Below, piece after piece: positions 57,964-64,000 of a DNA stretch of 64,000 bases. The stretch comes from an uncultured Gemmataceae bacterium (lineage in GTDB: Bacteria > Planctomycetota > Planctomycetia > Gemmatales > Gemmataceae). The notes under the pieces are model-generated. The model did not search any database. It was given only the letters and a program-made list of their open reading frames with translations, and was not told the origin of the DNA. The stretch spans positions 2,080,001-2,144,000 of the forward strand of contig CAVVPN010000011.1 of assembly GCA_963750165.1 (NCBI GenBank). The letters are read 5' to 3'. Each line of letters begins with the position of its first letter. Position 1 is the stretch's first letter. The position numbers and the translations under genes are program-made.

Positions 57964-59445
57964 ATGCCTAAGAGTCCTAATAGCCGGTACGAAGTCGATC
58001 CGCTGCTGAACGGCCAGCACAAGCCCCCTGACGCCCCTCCCACGGAATCGCTCGGTGGCATAGCCCGCGCCTGGCTAAAGTCCAACGAACTGAACCGCCC
58101 CGATGAGGTAGAGATCGGGGCGGGGGTCGAGTACACGGACGACCCTCGTGACGAAACGGCCAGTTGGGAAGACGTGGCAAAAGTGGTGGACGGTATCAAG
58201 TGGCTCCTGAAGGGGTGGGTTCCCTACGGGATGCTGAGCGGCATCATCGCGGAACCCAAGGCGGGCAAGTCGGCCTGGGTGCTGTGGAACCTGGTCCGGC
58301 CCCTGATTACCGCCGAAGTTTGGTTCACGGGCCAGCGTCCCTTCGCGGAACCGCGGGACGTGTTGTGGATTGACACGGAGGGGAGCATCGGCCTGAACCT
58401 GGAGCGGATGAAGCAGTGGGGGCTGCCCCTTCCGCGGGTCAAGGTGCCGTTCCCCGACGACCCCTTCCGGCGGATCGACCTGAACGACAGTGGGCATGTG
58501 CAGCGCATCGGCGACGTGATCTGCAAGTATAAGACGCCCCTCGTCGTGGTGGACAGCTACCGCGGCTCGCACGGTAAGGACGAGAACAGCAGCCTCTCCG
58601 GTTCGGCCCTGAGCAACTTAGCTGACATCGTCCAGCGGACCCACGCCGCGGCCCACGTCATCCACCACACGGGCAAACTCGCCGCTGGCACAGAGATCAA
58701 CGCGAACAGCGCGCGCGGCAGCAACGTCTACCTGGCGATGGTGCGTTGCTTGCTCGGCATCGACCGCCCCGACCCGCAGAGCGACTGGCGCCGTGTCCGG
58801 GTTCTCGCCGAGAATTTCGGTGGCGCCCCGATGCCGGTTGGGTTCCTCATCACCGGCAAGGGACTGGAGTTCGGGCCGGCTCCTGAGAAGCCCCAGGAGG
58901 AACGCAAGGAGACGGGCAAGGATCGCGCCGAGCAGTGGTTGCGGGCACGGATGAAACCGGACACCCCTTACCCAGCAGCGACTATCATCGAGGAAGCCGA
59001 AGCCGCTGGCTTCAGTCATACGGGCACTTTGCAGCGCGCTAAAGCGGCATTGAATGTTGAAACGGTCAAGAGCGGGAAGCACCACTATTGGCGACGGCCG
59101 GCACTGCCGGATGAGTCCCCCGAAGGGATGCTCGGTGAGGCCGTCTGCTACACATACGCCTTGACGGACGGCACCGCGATCAAGGTCGGGAAGTCGGAGC
59201 AGAATCCGAAGGATCGCTTGAGCGAGCTACAGACCGGCAATCCCCGAACGCTACGACTGCTGGCCTTCACCCCCAAGCTGACAGAAGCCCAGGTGAAGGA
59301 GCGTTTGGCGAATCATCATCAGCGGGGAGAATGGTTCAACCTGTCTGCCCCGGTCTTGGACGAAATCACTGCTTGGGAGTGGCGCGACGAGGACGAGATC
59401 GCCAGGCTCAAGCAAGGTATCGCCGGAGGCTCCGGTAATACCTAA
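57964..59445 (+). CDS. AAA_25/RepA-like helicase-ATPase fused to a C-terminal GIY-YIG (T5orf172-like) domain
   Basis: WLLKGWVP, Walker A AEPKAGKS, VLWIDTE, Walker B LVVVDSY, VIHHTGK, ARGS; C-terminal YTYAL...IKVGKS...RLSELQTGNP...RGEWF. Confidence 0.85.
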   Translation: MPKSPNSRYEVDPLLNGQHKPPDAPPTESLGGIARAWLKSNELNRPDEVEIGAGVEYTDDPRDETASWEDVAKVVDGIKWLLKGWVPYGMLSGIIAEPKAGKSAWVLWNLVRPLITAEVWFTGQRPFAEPRDVLWIDTEGSIGLNLERMKQWGLPLPRVKVPFPDDPFRRIDLNDSGHVQRIGDVICKYKTPLVVVDSYRGSHGKDENSSLSGSALSNLADIVQRTHAAAHVIHHTGKLAAGTEINANSARGSNVYLAMVRCLLGIDRPDPQSDWRRVRVLAENFGGAPMPVGFLITGKGLEFGPAPEKPQEERKETGKDRAEQWLRARMKPDTPYPAATIIEEAEAAGFSHTGTLQRAKAALNVETVKSGKHHYWRRPALPDESPEGMLGEAVCYTYALTDGTAIKVGKSEQNPKDRLSELQTGNPRTLRLLAFTPKLTEAQVKERLANHHQRGEWFNLSAPVLDEITAWEWRDEDEIARLKQGIAGGSGNT

Positions 59446-59446
59446 T

Positions 59447-59523
59447 CCCTTGATACCTTAATATGTTCTATTAAATATATAATAAGTATCATATTAAGAT
59501 ATCATCCTATTAGGTATCAAGGG
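59447..59523. promoter_or_regulatory. Putative replication origin: 12-bp inverted repeat flanking a 53-bp AT-rich core
   Basis: cccttgatacct (59447-59458) / aggtatcaaggg (59512-59523), directly after the helicase stop. Confidence 0.55.
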
Positions 59524-59637
59524 GCGGGATGGCTCCCCGTGCCCCAGCTGCTTTCCCGCCGGGAACGGCGGCATGGTATCCTGACTGTGCTGGAAAACGA
59601 TTGACGTTGTAACAATGACAGCAAGGTAGCTCGCCGG

Positions 59638-60420
59638 TCAGGCCATGCCAGCGTCCGAGACGACCAATCGCAGACGCCAAGAGCGCAAGACTTTCCAGCA
59701 ATCTTGCTGATCGAAGGCACGAAACCAACCGTGCGTAGGGAGCCGCGAAGGAACTGGCCCCGGTGCGCGGAGGGGGGGGTCATAATGCGCGAGAACATGC
59801 CGGGGGGAGGTGGAACGCCCCCTACCTGCGGTCAGGGGTAAATACGCGGCAGGCCTTATCACCTGCCATCGCTGCTGCTCATTGAGATTGGAACCAACCC
59901 AAAATAAGTACCCCGCGAGGCAGAGGACGACCAGCAGGACGACCAGCAGGAGGATCAGGACGATTACGACAAGTGCGATCATGGACCCGGCCGTGATCCA
60001 TTGCGGGGCATTGCCAAACGGACCTTGGTTGGCGTACCTTCTTGCTCCGCTTGGTCGTCATTGCGCCTGCTCCTGCTGCGTTGTCGATCCCGCCGATTCT
60101 GCCAGTGGTTGGCCCCTTGCATGGGAGAATTTGGGAGCGCACTAGGGTTGTCTTCCTTGACCACGGGGACGAGCGCGACGGGTTCTTCCGGTTTTGGCGT
60201 GCCCCCCGTTGCCACTGGGTTGAACCGAATTGGCCCTAAATCGGGGACGTTTGGAATCATCGCCGGTGGCGCTGTCTTGGCAAGCTGATCGTCCGACAGT
60301 GGAATTGCGGGCGGGACAGTGACGGGTTGGCCGCACGCCCGGCATTTGCTGGAGCGGCCCGCGCAACTTCAGCGGCGCGGAGAGTTGCATTCCACAGCGA
60401 GGACAGGCGAAACGGATCAT
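59638..60420 (-). pseudogene. Zinc-ribbon plus TM-helix protein broken by several frameshifts
   Basis: MIRFACPRCG... then, in another frame, CAGRSSKCRACGQPVTVP, and downstream MIALVVIVLILLLVVLLVVLCLAGYLF. Confidence 0.45.
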
Positions 60421-61266
60421 GGGTTGTCCCTTTGGTGACGGGAATGCGCCGGCCCGCCGACGCCATGCGTAGCCGATCATTCCCACCGCACCGATGCCGA
60501 GAAGGGTTAGTGAAGAGGGTTCGGGGGTGGACACGATTTGATATTCAAATGCCTGCGTTTGACCGTTGGCGTCGATGTAGTATCCTTCCACCGTGTTTCC
60601 GGAGATGCCGGTTGCTGCCGAATACGTTGATCCGGCAGGGCTGATGTTGAGGTAGGACGAGCCGTTGTAGAGAAAGGCCGACTGGCTTGTTCCGTTGCCA
60701 TTGTCGCTCCACCAGCCGACAACGTTGTTGCCAGAAACCGCAGAGGCAATCGTGTTAAACGAACCAGGGACATATATTGTCGTGAATGTCGAGCCGTTCA
60801 AGAGGAACCCGGTGTAATGGCCGTTACCGGGTTGAGAATTGCCGATTATGTTGTTGCCAGAAACGCCAGTCGTTTCGGTGTAGGTCGCACCCGGTACGTC
60901 GATGGCGGTATAGGTCGATCCGTTTATTGTGTAGAGAAATCCGTGGAAGTTAAGGCTGGCGTCCTCGTAGATGCCGACGATGTTGTTACCGGAGATGCCC
61001 CGCAGGGTCGTACCGGGGACTCCGTTCTGGCTTGGGATTGTCACTGAGCCAGGGTAATTGATCGTCGTGTAGGTCGAACCGTCGTACAGGAATCCTTGCG
61101 TAGTACTGCCGTCTGAGTAGTAGCCGACAACGTTATTGCCATCTGCGGCGGTGGTCTGGGAGCTAACCGAGCCGGGGTAATAGACAAAACCGGCCTTCGC
61201 CTCTCGTGGGCTGCCGACGAGCGCGGCCAACACCGCACAGGCGAAAATCACAAGGCGCACGTTCAT
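60421..61266 (-). CDS. PEP-CTERM exosortase-target protein with ~5 beta repeats (no stop after the sorting signal as sequenced)
   Basis: Signal peptide ...REAKAG; repeats G(I/V)SGNN(I/V)(V/I)G...(G/A)FL(Y/L)xGS; TPEPSSLTLLGIGAVGMIGYAWRRR. Confidence 0.85.
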
Positions 61267-61428
61267 GCTGTGTTCTCAGTGGTCCAGGGATGAAGGCGTG
61301 GCGGCTGGCGCTGGGTCAGCCGCACCATCCACCAATGTACACCCTGCGCGGACTCGATGCTAGTATGTCGTTCCGGGAATTTGCGAATCGACAAGCGGCC
61401 GGGGTGGGCAGCCCCGACCGATGCCGTT

Positions 61429-61743
61429 TCATGCGACCGATGCCCCCGCGACCTCCGCGAACGCCAGGACGCGGCGAATGCGGTCGGCGGGTACGTCGTT
61501 GACGCTGTACCACAGCCCTTTCCTCGACCGCCGTAACCAGCGCCGCGGCACGTTCAACTCCAGGACCACCACCTGCTCGACTCGGCCGCCGTGGCGCTTG
61601 ACCGTGTGCAGGGTTGCCCAGCTGGACTTGTTCAGCGAGTGCAGCCATACCACCTTGAGCCGACCCTTGCTCTTGCAACAGAGCAAGCCGCCCTTCAGGA
61701 TGCTGGCCAGATTACGGGCGAGCGTTGCGTGGCGAATCTTCAT
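61429..61743 (-). CDS. Small ADP-ribosyltransferase-fold protein (KptA/Tpt1 NAD-lobe or DarT-like)
   Basis: AGGAGG RBS; IRHAT...NLASILKGGL...VVWL...KRHG...VVVLEL...SRKGLWY...VPADRI. Confidence 0.6.
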   Translation of the reverse strand: MKIRHATLARNLASILKGGLLCCKSKGRLKVVWLHSLNKSSWATLHTVKRHGGRVEQVVVLELNVPRRWLRRSRKGLWYSVNDVPADRIRRVLAFAEVAGASVA

Positions 61744-61806
61744 GGCCGGTGCCCTCCTGTAGCAAGCGGGGCGGGGTTGTGGTCCCCCGCCCCGTGGTTG
61801 CGTTGG

Positions 61807-62118
61807 TTAGAGCTTTCCGGCCGCCTGCAACGCCGCGAGTCCCGAGGCGTGCTTGCAGTGTTTCCACTTCAAGAACCCCTTGCACTCGCAACTGTGCCCG
61901 TCCGCGTTCAGGTTGACGTGGTACTCGTCCTCGCTTCCCACCTTCGACACTCGGAACCCGCTGCCGAAGTCGCTGGCCACCTTCGCCACAAGGTAGCGGT
62001 CGAGTTTGCCGTTCTGGCGAATCTCAACCACCCCTGACGAACCCGGCTCGCTTCCGATGGGCAGGGCCAGCTTGATCGTCCGTTGACGCGCCTTGCGGGC
62101 TTTCGTTACCGTAGCCAT
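61807..62118 (-). CDS. SWIM zinc-finger protein
   Basis: EYHVNL...SCECKGFLKWKHCKH (CxC...CxH). Confidence 0.8.
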   Translation of the reverse strand: MATVTKARKARQRTIKLALPIGSEPGSSGVVEIRQNGKLDRYLVAKVASDFGSGFRVSKVGSEDEYHVNLNADGHSCECKGFLKWKHCKHASGLAALQAAGKL

Positions 62119-62319
62119 TGCGATTCCTCTTCTTCAGGAATTGCCACGGGCCGGGGGTGTTGACGCACCCGCCGGCCCAAATTCGTTTCGGACCCGTTTT
62201 GCCTCCCTCTGTTTGGCAGGACGGGAACCAGTCCCCCCTGCCCGTGTCCCGCTCTCTCTCCCGGTTTCCCGGTTCCGAGCGGCAAATTGTCAAAGATCAG
62301 CTTGAAGCCATCTGTAACC

Positions 62320-62402
62320 ATTGTATTCCGCGGTATACCGCAAATCAAGGTTAGTTGGGAAAATATTTTGCGGTTTACCGCGGGATACCGAACCGCTATA
62401 AT
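62320..62402. promoter_or_regulatory. Divergent sigma70 promoters with palindromic operators
   Basis: Minus: TTGATT-N17-TACAAT (62348-62320); plus: TTTACC-N17-TATAAT (62374-62402); GCGGTATACCGC (62330-62341) and GCGGTTTACCGC (62370-62381). Confidence 0.75.
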
Positions 62403-62466
62403 AGGGGTAGCCACGGCGGGCCGTTTGCCCGCATTGGGGGCGGGCCGTGGCGCTGGGGGTTTAACC

Positions 62467-62688
62467 ATGAGAGCAGCAGTGGCAAAGAAAGCTGACGGCA
62501 AGAAGTCCGGCGGGGGTAAGCACAAGGCGCCGCGCCTGATGGTGCCTCTGCCGAAGGACGTTGTTGAAGCCTTCCGCGACTGGTGCGACGAGAACCGGCG
62601 CGTCCTGGGTTGGGAGGTCGCCCACTTGATGAAGCAGTTCCTCAAAGAGCAAGGCCGCTGGACCGAGGAAGAAGGGGGTGCGCAATGA
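62467..62688 (+). CDS. Arc-like ribbon-helix-helix repressor
   Basis: RLMVPLPKDVVEAFRDWCDENRRVLGWEVAHLMKQFL; ATGA overlap with the recombinase. Confidence 0.65.
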   Translation: MRAAVAKKADGKKSGGGKHKAPRLMVPLPKDVVEAFRDWCDENRRVLGWEVAHLMKQFLKEQGRWTEEEGGAQ

Positions 62689-64000
62689 GTGCCACGAACG
62701 GCAACGAGCTTGATCTGAGCGGCGACGGCGCGGCATACCTGCGCGTCTCTGACGACCAACAGGATACGGTGCGCCAGTACGAATCGCTCCACGCTTTCGA
62801 GGAGCGGCACGGTGTTATCATCTCGAAACAGAACTGGTTCAAGGATGAGGGCTGGGCGCACGACACCGCCGACCACCGCCCCGACTTCCAACGGCTGATG
62901 AAGCTCGCGGAGGCCGGCGCGGTGCGGTGGATCGTCGTTGACCAACTCGACCGCTTCGGCACTAAGAACGCCAAGCAACTCATCACCTACCTGCACCGCT
63001 TGGACGAGGCAGGCTGCAAGCTGTACGACGCAGCGGGCAAGGAGTGGACCGGCGAGGACATTGCCACGATCATCACCGCCGTCGTTGAAGGAGAGAAGTC
63101 GAAAGGTGAGCAGACCAGCAAGTCGTACCGCGCCCTGAGCGGCAAGGTTGCAAGGGCGCGAGCGGGTGAATGGCAGGGCGGCCCGGTGCGCCTGGGGTTG
63201 GACGTGGTGTGCTACCACCGCGAGACGGACGATGAGCAGTGGCGGGTAGTTATGGAGGCTCTGCACAAGCGGCTGAAAGTGTACCCGGACGGCCGCACGG
63301 AGCGCTTCGACGGCCCGAACAACTTCCCCAGGTATCAACCGGCAACGGAAGTGCTGCGCATCGCCCCCAGCAACGACAAGTCCAAATTGGATGCAGCCGA
63401 GAGCGTGTTCAAGCGCTTTGCCACGGAGTCGATCAGCCCAACCACCCTGGCCCACTACCTGAACGGGCTGAGCTTCCGCACGGCCTTCGGCGGCCCCTTC
63501 CAGGGACACCACGTCAGGGCGATGCTGGAAGACCCGGCTTACATCGGGTACTACGCCTACAACCGCCGCCACTTCGGCAAGTTCCACCGCTGGGCGGATG
63601 GGCAGCCCGTCCATGAACTGAACTACGAAGAGAAGCAATCCAGGAACGACAAGGCCGATTGGGTGCAGAGCCGGCGCCTGTTCGACCCGCTGGTAGACCG
63701 TCCAACCTGGGACGCGGTGCAGAAGAAGCTCGAAAAACCGAGACGTGAGACCGCCCCCCGTAGCGCCGCGCTCTACCTTGCCGGGTTGGTGGTGTGTGGT
63801 AACTGCGGGGCGAAGATGATCGCTGGCCGTGGCAGGTCATCGAAAACCGACAGCCAACCGCTCCGGTTCGAGTTCATTTGCGGCGGCTACCACAAGGCCG
63901 TTCGCAACAAGGAGCGACTGGACACCACTTGCCTCCGCAACAGCGTCTTTCAGCACGAACTGGAACCGTACATCGAACGCTGGCTAGATGCGACGGGCAA
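62685..64000 (+). CDS. Large serine recombinase/integrase (3' end outside window)
   Basis: AAYLRVSDDQQ (catalytic Ser), RPDFQRLM, VVDQLDRFG, MLEDPAYIG, PLVDRPTWDAVQKKL, zinc ribbon LAGLVVCGNCGAKM. Confidence 0.93.
   Translation, partial: MSATNGNELDLSGDGAAYLRVSDDQQDTVRQYESLHAFEERHGVIISKQNWFKDEGWAHDTADHRPDFQRLMKLAEAGAVRWIVVDQLDRFGTKNAKQLITYLHRLDEAGCKLYDAAGKEWTGEDIATIITAVVEGEKSKGEQTSKSYRALSGKVARARAGEWQGGPVRLGLDVVCYHRETDDEQWRVVMEALHKRLKVYPDGRTERFDGPNNFPRYQPATEVLRIAPSNDKSKLDAAESVFKRFATESISPTTLAHYLNGLSFRTAFGGPFQGHHVRAMLEDPAYIGYYAYNRRHFGKFHRWADGQPVHELNYEEKQSRNDKADWVQSRRLFDPLVDRPTWDAVQKKLEKPRRETAPRSAALYLAGLVVCGNCGAKMIAGRGRSSKTDSQPLRFEFICGGYHKAVRNKERLDTTCLRNSVFQHELEPYIERWLDATG

Larger units (their letters stand above)
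56400..64000. mobile_element. Integrative element / phage-satellite-like island (left boundary approximate; continues past the window)
   Basis: Large serine recombinase, RHH repressor, Xis-like HTH, AAA_25 helicase, AT-rich origin-like site, visibly lower GC than the flanking genes; no att site identified. Confidence 0.75.

Overview
High-GC bacterial DNA, most likely from a planctomycete (Gemmataceae-like), inferred from the LEERVLL-type export leader, HEAT/PDZ paralogues and GTAG-type REP hairpins. (1) Bases 1-30502 (minus strand) hold one giant surface-protein gene of more than 10,000 codons that runs off the left edge and is split by four 1-bp frame breaks. It is built from repeated PPC/Ig modules carrying different cargo domains in the same loops, then CARDB, Ig, short YD/RHS and dockerin regions. 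(2) Bases 31066-55749 are chromosomal: katG, a methyltransferase, a HEAT protein, an AsmA-like repeat protein, a thioredoxin/CxxCH/PDZ protein, rsmA, riboflavin synthase, pssA, an AmrS-AmrA-AmrB (AmmeMemoRadiSam) ORF with a LAGLIDADG intein at the third Fe-S cysteine, and a clpX with no adjacent clpP. Several REP-like hairpins lie between these genes. (3) From about 56.4 kb to the right edge is a capsid-less integrative element: winged-helix regulator, 11-bp repeats plus promoter, Xis-like HTH, DUF3820-like protein, AAA_25 helicase fused to GIY-YIG, putative origin, PEP-CTERM cargo, a SWIM plus minimal ADP-ribosyltransferase-fold pair, an Arc-like repressor and a large serine recombinase. The many 1-bp frameshifts, including one in rsmA, suggest long-read indel errors. 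All domain calls are motif recognition by eye, not database searches.
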